Shown: positions 37,573-52,530, numbered from the stretch's first letter. The stretch: DNA of 64,000 bases from Octopus sinensis (GCF_006345805.1 NC_043001.1:95480001-95544000), one strand, 5' to 3'. The notes: generated by a model from the sequence alone, not told the origin. Program-made: numbers and translations.

Positions 37573-40500
37573 AGCACAGTTAATGCACAGAATGCACGCA
37601 CGATAAAGTCTACACCTAACCGACTCAACAACTATAATATTTATCATAATGATTACAGTACTGATGGTGATGATGATGATGATGCTGATGATGATGTTAA
37701 CGCCGATGATGATAAAGTTAATAATAATAAAACTACGAACAACATTATAATCATATTAAGAAAATCAAAGCTAGAGCCTAAGCAGTAGAAAGCAAAGAAA
37801 TATGAAAACCGTGAAGGACAGCTTTATGGCCACAGTTTCACGATGAATCAAAATATAGGAACATCGACTCACACGTAATATATCGCGCCCTTTTATTATT
37901 TAACACTATAATTTCTAATACCAATTCCAAAGCATAACATAAAAACAGCCATCGAAATATCACCCCCTCACATTGCGTGACATCTGTGGAATGTAGGGAC
38001 AGTGCCTGAAATTCTAGTTTTAGGATTAAAGAGTCTCCGACGTCCAAATTTTACTTAATTAATCACTCCGAAAGGGCAAAATGCTTAAGTACCTCTCAGA
38101 GGGATAGAAACTCAGAGGAAATGCCGCGAAGCGATTTCTCCGAAATGCTAACGACTATGCCACGTCTCTATATTTAGCAAACGGGTTAATAATAGTATAA
38201 ACAGAGCTCACAATATTTAAATACGATTGATTTTTCTTCGAAAGATATATTCTTAATTAAGCACCTATTTTTCAGTATTTTATTATTTATTCTTATGTGC
38301 AATTTTAAAATGCTATTTCACGAAAGAAATGAACTGTTTCTCTTTACCCAGTAAAATAATCGTTTGGCACTTTGGATAATAAAATGCATGAACTCCAGCA
38401 TTTTACCTTATGTTCACCTATTGTATAACATTTCATAAACTGCTAGTTTGAAAATCGTACAGGATTTTATTACTTGAAATATATCTACAAATATATTGGC
38501 AATATTGTATAACATACGTGTCTATTTATTCAAGTCTCAAAACAATATGTATTATATTATCGTATTAATATTTCTTTTTTGTTGCCTCAATTTCTTAGTT
38601 TTAAAATGGTTGCTTTTTTACGACTAGCATTTGAGAATTCCATCTTTTATAGTGACTGAGGAATTTAATATTGTCTAAATTTAATTACATGAAACGTCTG
38701 CTTCTTCAGCTTTAATATCTTTTTCCAAACAATAAATCATATTCTAAACAAGAATTAGATATTGTGTAGCATATATTCAGAATACACGCACATAGATTAG
38801 ACAAAACGAATGCATGTACAATTAGACGAATGAATCATATTGACATAAAACATCCACCCCGAGATACTGACACAGAGATATAGGCGCATATTAGTATGTA
38901 TCTACATGTGCGTGTATGTATATGTACATATTGATGTATTATATTTTGTCTAATGCTTACGTAGACATTAGTCGAAGACGCAATATAAATTATGTGTAAA
39001 TTATATACATTCTTTCTATGATATATGCATGATCTAATAAGTACATACCTTTTTCGACAAATATCATATCTCATTGGATGTTTTAAATAGATATTCGTAT
39101 CTAAACGTAAGTATACTCGTTATCTTTCCTTCGAAAAATATGCGTAATATTAGGAATTTATCAGTGGGAATTTTACAAAGTAAGGAATAAAATAAACGAT
39201 TAGATTAATTGAGTGAGAGTACAGTACATTCTAATCTAATAATGCTATATATACGGTAAACTTTCTGCGTTTATATTTATCTGTAATGAAGACAAGGAAA
39301 CATGTTAAAATATCAATGTTTGTATTAATAACAAAAATTTAGAATCTAACATAGCATACGGTTTATCGAGAAATCTCGTAGATGTACTAAATTTTCAACA
39401 CTGTCGTCAGTTGCTCAAAGAAACTTTAGCTATTTACGATATATATAGTAATGAGAAAAAATAGAAATAGAAATAAATATATATATCAACTCGTTAAAAC
39501 TCAAAATTTGTGTAGACATGTATGAGGTATGTTAAAGTAAGAAAGAAACTACATAAAATGAATTTAAAGTAAAATAAATTTATAGCAATATATGTATGTG
39601 TATCAAAGTTCTCCATAGAAGCACATCTATTCATGGAGTTCATACCACTTGGCATAATACTTTAAAAAAGAAGATTCCTTAATACGGAAGATGGTATACT
39701 GAGTATAAAGTGGATTTTGTTTCTCTGAAGATGGATCAATTCGAAGGGAGAATACTCTGTATTCATTTAAGTCATAATGCAATGGAAACATGCATGAGTC
39801 ATTATCTTCTATATTAGTGTTCTTTTCTATTTACGTACGTTTCTATTCGATTAAATGTTGTTTGTGTTAGTATAGGTGAAATTTCTTTCAAAAATAGTTA
39901 ATTGTGGCAAATAGAAATCTTAATACTGAATGGGGTAATCCGATGTTGGGTTTTCCACTACTATTATTGAGAGATCAAATGGCAGAGAAAGAGAAACCCC
40001 AATGACCGTCCTTGAATGAAGCGGCAGAAATGAGCTTTAGATAAATTAGAAGGAGATTATTTCGTGCTGTAAGTCAAAATCTCCGAGCATATTCTTGGAA
40101 ACATCACAATCGCACGGCAAAGTTCTCTCATATATCGCTACGATCATGGTCGATAAATGTCATTATCCGTAAATTTCCCGGGAAACAGTAACAGAAATGA
40201 CATCTATATTTTTGAAATAATTATTAGATCAGACAATAGAGTTTCTCATCAATCCCAACAGCTCTTTCACGGTGACTATAAATGCGTTATGTAGCCTAAT
40301 ATGTTTGTTAGAAAATTATGCATAGTTTTTCTGCGGATTTTCCTCAAAAGCTCTCCACAGTATAAGCTGACCTCCTTCCATGTTAACAAACTCAGGACAA
40401 CCAGAATAACCCCATAATTTTCCTGCCTTTACAGTTGATACACTTTATTCGAAGTGATGTATGGTTAAATGATATCTCTCAGCATATCAAAGACAGAAAT

Positions 40501-40714
40501 GCTAATATATGCTGCGTGAAGTTCATCTCTACAAACTTATATAGGTACTCACTGAATTGCCTGCATTACTGCGGATTACTAAACTATAACTAAGATTCTT
40601 TTATCATAAATATTTGATTTTTTTATAATATTATTTCAAAATATATTTTATTAAAAAATATCCAAATTGTTATGAAAAGAGGATTTGGTACTGAAAATCT
40701 GTCAAACGTCAGGG

Positions 40715-41300
40715 TAAACAATATACATTGGGTAATTTTTTGTTGGGGTCCAAATGAATAACATGTTGCGGCTTCCAACTCGCAAAGAAGTAACATAGAA
40801 TTTGACTGTGCGACAAGCATCTAGCAGAGGGATCGAGTGCAACTACCTTGAGAGACTGTCCCTGAGATTTCTGAATTGAAATACCAAAATTGTTTTGACT
40901 GGAAACTGAAGTCTCTTAAATTCAAATGGAACATCTGCAGATATGAGAGGAAATTTTGGAATAAAGACATTTTCTCCATTGTGACTTTGTTGCCTGTTTG
41001 AGATGGGACCTTCTGGAAGTAATAAATTGATTGGGTCAAGACGCCTAAACAACATAATGAGAGCATCCATCTTAATGACAAGTTATGCGGTGGCATCCCA
41101 GTGACTTTGAGTATCTTCAAGCTTCAGCAGGGTATTAAACAGCCTAATCTCGATTAACGGTTGTGTGAATTGATGGAAAAGTGATTTCTGATGCATCTGT
41201 TAACTTTCGAATTTCATGATTTAGTTTGTCAACCATTTCATTACTTGGAGCCAGTATAGCTCTTTCACATTGCCAATTTACATCACTGTAATAGACAATA
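40715..41300 (-). mobile_element. Helitron PIF1-type helicase C-terminal remnant
   Basis: WQCERAILAPSNEMVDKLN, TGMPPHNLSL, DALIMLFRRLD, FPLISADVPFEFKRLQFPVK and CLSHSQ in broken frames. Confidence 0.85.
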
Positions 41301-41477
41301 ACACCTACACTCACGCAAACACATACACTTTCACATACAATGACACACATATGCACTCTCACATACATATACTAAGACAGACACACATAGACACACATTT
41401 ACGTAACCTACGGGCAAACACACACACAAACAGATTTACACACTCATGTGCAAAATGTGTCATCGTCGTGGTATATA

Positions 41478-41820
41478 ATGTCCTTTACAATGTGGTACGT
41501 AACGAACTCACAAACATACATTCACTCACAGACAGGTACATACTCATATGTGGTGGTGGTGGTGGTGGTGGTGGTTTCAAATGTCCTTTACTATCTCGTA
41601 CGTAACACAAGCGCAAACACAGACACAAACACACAATCACATACACATACACACTCACATGCAAACTACGTTGTCGCCGTAATAAAAAAATGTCCTTTAC
41701 AATGTGGTAAGTAACGAACGCAAAAACATACACTCAATCACAGACAGGTACATATTAATATACAAAATGTGACCTTGTCTTAGTCGTGGTGGTATAAAAT
41801 ATCCTTTATCATAGTTGTGG
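41478..41820. repeat. Degenerate tandem repeat of about 103-109 bp, 4 units
   Basis: The anchor at(g/a)tcctttac recurs at 41478, 41581, 41690 and 41799. Confidence 0.65.
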
Positions 41821-42329
41821 CCGTGTTTTATAATGTTCAAGCAAATGTTATGTTCTTTCAATCCAAATGAAAATAAATACATGTTGAGACTTGCGGGGTC
41901 TAATAGAATTACCTTGAACAATTTGATTTGATTACTTGGAGCCGTTTCAGAATGCATGGAGAATACATAGACAGAGAGACAACGTATTTTATATAGAGAG
42001 AGATTATAGGCAGCACTCACGGTCTTTCGTATCTGGGGACATCGTAACAAAATGAGTGCTGGCTCTAAAATCGATAGTAAGTCAGTAGAGATGACCTTGA
42101 CATGTGATTTAATGCACAGCTAACACAATAATGCACGGTATTAACTTTTAATATATTTGTAGCATATTATGTTTGCATAAGGAAATGCCGTGCTCTTACA
42201 CGTCATTAATAGCTACTATTCCGGTTTCTGCTGCATTGCAGTTTACATATTTGCCAGGGATTTTATAAATTGTTTTTGTAACAAATATAAAAGAACAAAA
42301 ATGAAGATTAAGGGAGCAGTGCAGTTAAA

Positions 42330-43835
42330 TAAATGAAATAGAATAGAAGAGACTGACCAATTTTGATCCAATGCGTGACTTGAATTTCTACTGGGCACCC
42401 TATTCCATTTTTTTTATATCCCCTTCATGCCTTCTGATACAGTTCCCAAGGACCAAACAATAATAGGCATTTTCTTCCTTTTCCCTTGACGGGCTATTTC
42501 GAACGTATGAGGGTTGGATTTATCTATCTTTTTGCCTTCCTTCTTCACTATTCGTGGGTCAAAAGGGAGATGCAACATCAACTATATAGCATATGTGGTG
42601 CATCTCGTCCACCATCACTCGTCTGGTCTGTTATGCTCTAGCACCTAATCTGTTTGAATTGAGAATACCCATAGAATACTGTTAGTCTCCATCTCCGTCC
42701 CTCTCTGCGGTTTGTGCTCATATCATGTCTTACCTCTCTCTAGCCCACACCTTCCGCACAGTTTTCAATGTAGCACTTTCGCTACCTAATCGTGTCGCGA
42801 CAAGTTGCGGTTTTGGGAAAGTCTAGGGCATTCGTTCGTGATACGGGCACTGGTGAAGATACCTGCTCATTCCTAAGATTGGCTCTCTAATTAGTGGCCA
42901 AAGCTTGGTCTTGCGCTGCCAGTATGGTGCTCTCGGTCTCTTTTTGTAGTGTTCCTTTGATCAGCGAATTGAATTGTACTTATTTTTTCCAGCAACTTCT
43001 GTTGTGACTGCAAGGAACTTATTGTTTAATCCATTCTTGCAGAATTCGTCTGCGAGTCTTTTTTGTACTTCTTCCTTTGTTTTCCTTTTTTTTCTCTATT
43101 TCAATATTCCCTGGTTCCGAACTCTCGGTAGCAAAGGTTTCTGACTTTGGGCTAGGTAACACATTAAGCTCTCGAGTTCGATTCGCACGTAGTCGTTCAC
43201 ACTTATCAGACATCTTATTCTATTTGCTCTCTTCATGTATAGGCGATCAGTGTTTACACATTTCTAATGGGTCCCATACATAGTTAGAAGCTTTAACTTA
43301 TTGTCCATCTCCTTTATTTTCTCCTCTGTCCAACTCAGGATTCCTGTGCCATACCCACGCACGATTTTATTGCCGAAATTATGAAGCCAATATTTTTGTC
43401 ACTCGACGCAGGTACTCATTTTTTCTCCTTTCCTTCTTATTATTGTACTTGACTCTATCAGCCTCAAATATTCCCAGGTATTTTTAGTTGGATTAAGGTT
43501 GTATTGCCTTCATCATTTTTCCACTTGGCAACCATATGTCTTCACCATCGTAGCACATTTTGATTGTTCAAACTCCATCTTAATATCATTGGAAAAAATC
43601 CGTGAAGTGTGGACTAGGCTCTCTAGTTATGCGTCATTCTGTGGGAATGGCCCCATGTCGTCCATGTGGTACCGTTTTCTCTTACGTCTTCCCAGAACAT
43701 AACCAAACATTGATTTCTGTTGAATTTCACTGAAGGGGATCACCCCCAGCCTGAATATTAGTGGGTACATACTGTCACCTTGGAGGACAACTCTCTTCAT
43801 TTTCACCTCTCCTAATATTTGATTTCCTGCTGTCA
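42330..43835 (-). mobile_element. Degenerate R4/Dong-like LINE, RT C-terminal half through RLE
   Basis: VLQGDSMYPLIF, YMDD-like motif, KIKEMDNKLKLLTMYG, DRLYMKR and EHNRPD..DVASPFDPRIVKKEGKKIDK..SLGTVS. The 5' junction abuts the (TTA)n array at 43845. Confidence 0.85.
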
Positions 43836-43844
43836 ATTTCGTTC

Positions 43845-43862
43845 TCCATTATTATTATCATT

Positions 43863-43900
<38 letters not shown>

Positions 43901-43922
43901 ATTATTATTGTTGTTGTTGTTA

Positions 43923-44006
<84 letters not shown>

Positions 44007-44112
44007 CATTATTATTATTATTATTATCCTTATTATTAATTATTATTATTGGTGTTGTTGATGTTCTTGTACTTGATGATGATCATGTTGTTCCTGTTGT
44101 TGTTGTTGTTGC
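43845..44112. repeat. (TTA)n/(TTG)n microsatellite
   Basis: Read directly. Confidence 0.95.
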
Positions 44113-44824
44113 TTTTGTAGCAATTATTTGATACCAATGTTGTATTCATTTGCATCACCATACGTTATAACATGAGGGAAATAAGTGTAATTTTCTTATA
44201 GCAACTATTTAAATATCAAAGGGCCTCTTATACTTTACAGTAAATTCAACTTTCCAAGACTTTGAAGTCATTTACAGTCATTATTTTCGTTGTTCAGACG
44301 GCTGAAATAAAACTTTCCGAATAATGATACTCACGTACAACTATTGAAACGAAATATTTTCTTTGAACTTTTATTTCAGAATAACTTGTTGCTGTTTATA
44401 TTTCTTTATTTAAAGCAATATAAAATAATGTCAGAATAATATCAATGACATTAATTTTGTATTTATATATGTTTCATCCTATACTCTCTGACTGATACAC
44501 AAAACCAGTTGTATTCGAAAATTCGAGAATTGATTTTCTTTTTTTTTCCTGTTTATTTTTTGTCTATTTCTAGCTAATGTATAGCCATCATCCTGGAGGC
44601 TCTAGGATTTTGCCTCAGATTTTGTTTCCTCTTGATATAGGGCATAATGAAATATCTTTCGAGGGAAACTTTCGTGGTATCAGTCTACATGTTTGAGAGC
44701 AACCTTTTACAAATAGACGTGCTCCTTTAATTATCTCAGATTAATATTTTCTATTTGACTATGTTTAAATGCTTTACGAAGGAAACACACGAAGAAGACA
44801 TTACTTTCAAATTTTTGTACATGA

Positions 44825-44997
44825 CCAGAAATTTCGGGGACGTATGTAAATCAATTTCATTAGCTCCATTTTACAAAACTGGTATTTCATTTATCGACCC
44901 CGAGAGGAATGTAAAATCAAAGTTAATATCGGCCGAATTTGAACTCAGGACATAAAGGCAGAAGAAATGTCGCTAAGTATCGTGCTAGCTATTCTGC
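44825..44997 (-). mobile_element. Degenerate family-A SINE
   Basis: atttatcgaccccgagagg..aaagt..tcggccgaatttgaactc. Confidence 0.6.
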
Positions 44998-45484
44998 TTG
45001 TCTTACGTTAAGACGATATTAAATACAAAACTGCCTCACGTGAAAATGTTATTATATACAAAGATACCTTACGTGGAGATGATTTTAGATACAAAGTTGA
45101 CTTACGTGAAGATGATATTATATAGAAAGCTACCTTACGTGAAGATGATTGTAAATATAGAGTTGACTTACGTGAAGATGATGTTAAGTACAATAAACAG
45201 CTGTATTACGTAAAGATAATATTAAGTACAAAACTGCCTTACGTGAAAATCATATTAACTACAAAGCTACATTACGTCAAGATGATATGAAACACAAAGC
45301 TACTTTACGTGAAGATGATAATAGATACAATATAAAGCTGCTTTACGTGAGGGTTATTTTAAATACAACACAAATGTGCCTTACGCGAAGGTGATATTAA
45401 GAAGAATACAAAGCTGCCTTCCGTGAAAATGATATTCAATACGATACAAAGCTGCCTTACGTGAAGATGATATTAAATTCAAAG
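44998..45484. repeat. Minisatellite, 14 units of 33 or 38 bp (consensus about tgccttacgtgaagatgatattaaatacaaagc)
   Basis: Cores at 45005, 45038, 45071, 45104, 45137, 45170, 45208, 45241, 45274, 45307, 45345, 45383, 45421 and 45459. Confidence 0.92.
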
Positions 45485-45499
45485 TACTATCTCCTTCGG

Positions 45500-45700
45500 A
45501 TTTTGGCAGAAGGCCAGAAATTTCGGAGAAAGTTTTAATTCAAATACATCAAATCCAGGACTCAACTGGTATTACTCTCATCGACGCCGACTGAAATGAG
45601 AACCAAAGTCGGCATCGGCTGAATTTGAATTCCGAAGGAATATGCGGACAAAATGTCTCTGTGCATTTTGCTTGCCATGCTAGCAATTTTGCTTATTTAC
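45500..45700 (-). mobile_element. Degenerate family-A SINE
   Basis: ctggtattactctcatcgac...aaagtcggcatcggctgaatttgaattc...catgctagcaattttgc. Confidence 0.55.
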
Positions 45701-46189
45701 AGCCTTATTAAAATACAATGTAATAAACCCTTTGATTTGGTTCAATATTGGAACCGATCCATCGTATCAGCAAACACTTGAGCTAGAATAGCGTGTACCG
45801 TTTCATATTATTCTTACTTCATGTATACATTGCAGTATATATAAGTTCAGTAAGTTCTTTTTACTTTAATCGTTTCAGTCATTGTATTACATTCACGCCG
45901 TAGCACAACCTACAAAGCTTTTAGTTGAACAAATTGAGCGTTCCTAATGCGAAATGCTAAGTTACATAGACTAATTTTGAAGCGAATGAGTTGGGAGATG
46001 CACATACATTAGCGTATATATCGGAGTTTGCATATACATATGCGCACGCATGAATTTCTCTGTGTGTATATGTCTGTGCATTATGTATGAGTGAGTGTGT
46101 GTATAGAGAGGAAAGACATATGGGCTTCCGCGCAGTTTCGGTCTGTCAAATTGTCCCCCATACTATAATATATATATATATATATATAT

Positions 46190-46311
<122 letters not shown>

Positions 46312-46343
46312 ATATATACATACACATACACACACACACACAC

Positions 46344-46377
<34 letters not shown>

Positions 46378-46409
46378 CATACACATACACACACACACAC
46401 ACATATATA

Positions 46410-46453
<44 letters not shown>

Positions 46454-47977
46454 TATAGATAGATAGACAGATAGATAGGTACAGAGAGAGAGAGAGAATG
46501 CGAGAGAGAAAGGAAGCAAATGAACATTCTTCAGTGCGGTTCTCTCAGTTTATATTCTGTCATATTTCCGCATGGACAGTTTCATCGTTGGATAACAGGG
46601 TGATATTTAAGCATTCATAAGTTCCTCCATTATACATCTAAAGGCATGGGTGACCACAATCTCCTCTTTCTACGGAAAATAGATCAGTTCAAATTGGAAT
46701 GCGTTATTGAAAAGCAAAATAAATAAATAAATAAATATAGGAATAAATAATATAAAAACGATAATAATGCATAAATAAATAATTGATTCTTGTTTACATG
46801 CAAACATCAATAAATCTGAGCGACATGACAATGTTGATGAGTGAATCAAAATGATTTGACGAAAAGCAGCGGAACACGTGATCCATTTATTTTCGCTTTC
46901 ATCATGTTTAACATGTTTCATTTTTATTTTGTCTGTATCTCATACTACCTGTTGTGAGATCTTCCTGATGAAAATTGAATTTGCATTTCTAACACTTTGA
47001 ACTATTTTGTTAGTCTTATGTCTGTTATATTTACACTTTTGGAATATTGCTGCTCTATTCCGATATTTGATGTTCTAGGACCACTGCTGAGCAGACATAA
47101 AACATGCTATTTTTAATGAGAATGTAAGGGGTATCTGCTGCTATTACACCGTTAAATTTTCTATTGTGAACTGTCTATTGTGAACGAGGAACATTTATTT
47201 AGTGTTAACCCTTGTTGTTTTTTTCGCGTTTTGTACGGTCGAGAAATACTTACAAAGCTATGCAGTGAATCATTCTTATGGACATCTCTCGAAAACTACT
47301 TATTAGTAAATCAGACTAGGCTATAACTAGGCCAATCAGACTAGCAGATAACATAATGCACGGCATTCTTGTTATTTAAACTCTATTTAAAGAAAATGAA
47401 ATAAACACGCCTGTCCAAGGTATAGCGTAATATACAACACAATGTTTCAAGTTGAATCGTGCATTTAAGCCTGCTGCCAGCGTGAACAATCATCAAGCGA
47501 CAAGCATCTCTGTTTCTGTCACTCAAAATTGAAACTCTCATATGTGTATGTTCAGCACACGGTAATTAGATAGTTGCATCTTCTGGAATCCATAGGTGGT
47601 AGTGATGTTACTCTTGAAATATATAAGGTATGAAATAAAGAAATGTCAGTCAATTAAATGTGACAAGGGAGTGAATATATATTTGTGTGTATATGTGAAT
47701 ATGTCTGAATTAGCGCATAACGAAAGCTGGAGAGAAAGATAAATAAAATGATTTTTTTTTTAAAAACGCAGAAAAAATAAACTTTCATCGAAGTCCTAAA
47801 TGAGGATAGAAGTTAAAATTGAATGTCTTACATTAAAGTCTTATTTATCACGAAACGTTTAAATTATGAGATTAAGAAACATCCGATATAAACTGAATAG
47901 TAACACACAAACAATCACGTGTGCGCACACTCACGCACATGCACGCACACATACACACACAAATATGTATATATATA

Positions 47978-48017
<40 letters not shown>

Positions 48018-48027
48018 TATATATATT

Positions 48028-48081
<54 letters not shown>

Positions 48082-48701
48082 GTATATGCATATATATATA
48101 TGTATGTATGTAGGCATCTATGAGAATATATCTATATACATTCTGATGCGTGTGTGTTCGTATGGAGAGAAAGAGGCACGGTGGTAGAGAGAGACAGAGA
48201 GACACGGACAGAGAAAGCGATGGAAGAAATGAAAGAAATATCATTTACAAAAATTTGATCTGGAGGTCACAATATATTCTGAAGAAAAAAGAAATTAATC
48301 ATACTAAAATATTTTTAAAATGTTTGTCATCTTGTCACGCATGCTTATCAATGGTAATGATTTTTTAAAATTCTGCACAAGGAATTATATTTTAAGTATT
48401 ATACGAAATTGAATATTAACGTCCAGATCTCGTGTTCACATTTGAAATGGACACATATATGAGGGCTTCTTGTTAAATGTATATACTCTCTAGAGCAAAG
48501 ATATTAGGTAGAAGTTATCTTAAAACGCCTGTGCACTGCCTCTATACTTGTGGTTTAAGAGTGAATCGAGGGCGTTGGTACTGCAGTGAACAAAAATATG
48601 CAGTTGAAGTAGTCAATATGAAAGTGTGTATATGAATGTTCATTCCATACGATCCAAAGTGATAACTATTGATACGCATGTAACAAATGTATGTATGTAC
48701 A

Positions 48702-48883
48702 AACGCAGAAGTAGCTGTGTGCTAAGTAGCTTGCCGACCAACCACATGGTTCCGGGTTCATTCCCACTGCGTGGAACCTTGGGCAGTTATCTTCTACGAT
48801 AGCCTTGGGTCGCGCAGAGGCTTGTGAGTTGATTTGGTAGACGGAAACTGAAAGAAGAACGTCGAATATATGCATACGTACAT

Positions 48884-48964
<81 letters not shown>

Positions 48965-49085
48965 CCGCTAGAATAAGTAGTAGGCTTACAAAGAATATGT
49001 CCTGGGGCCGATTTACGCGACTGAAGGCGGTGCTCCAACATGACCACAGTCAAATGATTGAAACATGTATAAGAGTATAAGAGTA
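48702..49085 (+). mobile_element. Family-B SINE with internal microsatellite and deletion
   Basis: ccacatggttccgggttcattcccactgcgtggaaccttgggcag...ggtagacggaaactgaaagaag, then (CA)(TA)(GA), then the 3' part ending in aagagt repeats. Confidence 0.85.
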
Positions 49086-49086
49086 A

Positions 49087-49463
<377 letters not shown>

Positions 49464-49559
49464 GTTAAAAATTTTTTTACCTTTGTAAGGTATTTCTTTC
49501 ATGCTGGCCACTTGATAATTTCGACACTTAAATATCGATATTATCCTCATATATAAATT

Positions 49560-49591
<32 letters not shown>

Positions 49592-49787
49592 TGTGTGTGT
49601 ATATGTGTGTGTACAGACATACATACAAGCTCATATGTATATAATTATATGAAAGAAAACTTACAACAATTGTGTGTTTATATTTGTGCGTCACGTAATA
49701 ATATATAAGCACTTGTAATTTTTATCCACTTACGTTTGAAAAATCAAATATAAATATTTGGAATATGTTCAATAGTATGCATTTCAT

Positions 49788-50303
49788 GAAGGCGGCGCGC
49801 TGGCAGAAACGTTAGCACGCCGGGCGAAATGCGTAGCCGTATTTTGTCTGACGTTACGTTCTGAGTTCAAATTCCGCCGTGGTTGACTTTGTTACGCACT
49901 GGGGTTTATGTAATCGACTTAATCCGTGTGCCTGTCCTTGTTTGTCCCCTCTATGTTTAGCCCCTTGAAGGTTATAAAGAAACAGGTATTTCCTCTGCCG
50001 TTAAGTTCTGAGTTCAAATTCCGCCGAGGTCGACTTTGCCTTGGATCCTTTCGGGATCGATAAATAAAGTACCAGCTACACACTGCGGTCGATATGATCG
50101 ACTTAATCAGTTTGTCTGTCCTTGTTTGTCTCATCTGTATTTAGCCCCTTGTGGGTAGTAAAGAAATTGGTATTTCGTCTGTTTGTACGTTCTGAGTTCA
50201 AATTCCGCCGATGTCGATTTTGCCTTTCCTCCTTTCGGAGTCGATAAATTGAGTACCAGTTACGTACCAGCTTCGGCCCTGTGCCTAGAGTAGAAAAGAA
50301 TAT
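49788..50303 (+). mobile_element. Family-A tRNA-derived SINE, one head plus three tandem B-box/body units, 12-bp TSD
   Basis: A-box-like TGGCAGAAACG; ctgagttcaaattccgccg at 49861, 50008 and 50192. TSD tatgcatttcat at 49776-49787 and 50304-50315. Confidence 0.92.
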
Positions 50304-51989
50304 TATGCATTTCATTGACAGCTGAGATGACGAGGATTCACGTTTCACCTATAGACTCAGTCAATTCTTTGACCGAATCTACAGCACAAACCCGAACATG
50401 AAATCAATTTGCTCTTCACAAAAATAATATGTCTCTATATATATTATAGATTCCAGTATAGTCTTCGTAAATATTTTGTGTTTCCACATTTTCATTCGGT
50501 TTAATGACAGCACAATTTATGTTCTTACTCACTATCTATGAATTATTCTTAGTTTTTTATAGGCAAAATAAGTAATTTTGGATACATTATGTCCCTGGTG
50601 GTAAACATTCATAAAGATATATATATGAATATATCTACATATACTTCTCTCGCTGTTTTTATTATAATGTCTAACTTAATAGCAATAAGTAACAATTACA
50701 ATCATATATCCAGCTATGTCAAAACAATTTCAAGTAATGTTTCCAGTAGAATTTTTGAGAATGATATAAGCATTTAACCTGGTTTTCTCCCTTATATATT
50801 TTCAGGTCGGGAAAGAACACCACAGATGGCTTGGCATGTATTAATATTTTCAAATGCATGTGTTGAAAATTCGACTGAATGCATATAGAGATGCATTTCA
50901 ATAATACACTGCTTCGGTTTTTACTGTGTATGTAATTCTGGAATAAATTAGATTCACACTTGTTTACATGTCTTTAGTCATAAGTTTGAACAGAGAAGAT
51001 ATATTTTTATCGTTTAGGAATATAATTTTAGTTTGGCACATTTCGCTGTTTGAATAGATTTCGTCTATTCAGCTGAAATCGATAAAGAAATTTAATAAAA
51101 GTAACACACTACATTTATTTCGAAAACATTCTACATCGGATATTTCGGTAGAAAAATTCTGACGTTTTAAAAATTTATTTACAGTTTAGACATATATTCT
51201 TGAATGATATATTTCTTTTAACATAATTCCAGAGGTCACATAGAAATATACAAGAAACAGTCAAGAAACAAAGAAATTTTCTATAAATGTACCTCATCTT
51301 TCTCAGCTTGTTGAATATGCAGAGTAGGATCTTCAATGAAAATGATATATTTTCCTTGTTATTATGTTTCAACATTCAACTAAAGTTTAGTCTTCTCTTA
51401 TAATTTATCAATAGACATACTTAAGTGTACGCACTTTTATACAAAACAAACCTAAAAACAGACATTCATAAACGTATAAAAGTATGTACTCACACACTCA
51501 CACATACAGAGATGTATGAATTAACATAAATATGTATATTTAACCATACAAGCAGCACCCTTGAAAACTTCACACAAAACAAAACAAAAAAAACCTAAGC
51601 ATCTGTAAACGAAACTTCATTTAATAACTATCGAATAATTATACTCTGGGAAATTGTACCAAATAACGAAAATGTAAGGCATCTTTAAATAATGATGATA
51701 CTTTTCGTTATTTTCGTGTTCTACTATAAATAACCATAGATTTTTATACGATTTAATTTGATATTTTTGACTTCTAACTTCCACATCCTGAGGAGGTTTG
51801 AGCGCGGAGGATTTTTTTCCTTTAACTGATACCACCAGTATTGCAGGAGATTTGAGCATTGATGCATTTCGATTTTAACCGGTACCACCTGTAATCATTG
51901 GGTTCCATCCCTTTTCTGCTAACCAGCTTGAGTGCTGACTGTAATTGACAATGTGGGAGAGGGGTTTCTGCGAGAGAGTGCTCCCGACT

Positions 51990-52530
51990 GGTTCTTCAGT
52001 CATGAAGGTGTAATATATAATGATAAAGATTGTTGGTGTAGTGGTGATGGTAGCTGATGCGGTTGTCTTCCTCGCAGTACTTCAAGGTAGACGATATTTT
52101 GTGTGTGCGTCACAGCACGTATTTGGCCTTGTCTGAGACCCCGACTGAATGCCATAACTCTTTGTTTGATATTCTTCATCGCCCGTGCTCTTGAAAATGC
52201 GACACATAATTTGGCCGTGAGAAAATACCGGTTGAGGCAAATGTATTCCAAATTTATCAAAATGATTGCACTTGAGCCTCATTGATTGTCATTGAATATG
52301 GAAGAGGAAATGGTAAGAGAATTTTATTTAGTGTGAATGGAATATTTGCATCACTTGGGCTTAGTTTAATTCTGGGAATTGGAACTGTACATCCTCTATT
52401 GTAGCTTGTTACCAATGATGCCTCCAGACAATGTTCATAAAATCGCTGCAATTTCATGCGAGTTCCATTACATAATGTTTGACTAATGAAACTATTTCTT
52501 AGCAGCATTACAAAAGGCCATGCTGTCTGT
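51990..52530 (-). mobile_element. Second Helitron helicase C-terminal remnant
   Basis: VMLLRN...LCNGTRM...IPRIKLSPSDANIPFTL...YSMTINEAQ, VGIHLPQPVFSHGQ, VAFSRAR and TQNIVYLEVL. Confidence 0.9.

Noticed and set aside
44998-45484. CRISPR-like array or 11-aa repeat protein
   Set aside because: There are no unique spacers, the context is eukaryotic, and 38-bp units break the frame.
46949-46964. 16-nt minus-strand microexon (ttttcatcag|GAAGATCTCACAACAG|gtagta)
   Set aside because: Such AG/GT pairings are expected by chance in 64 kb, and there is no supporting context.
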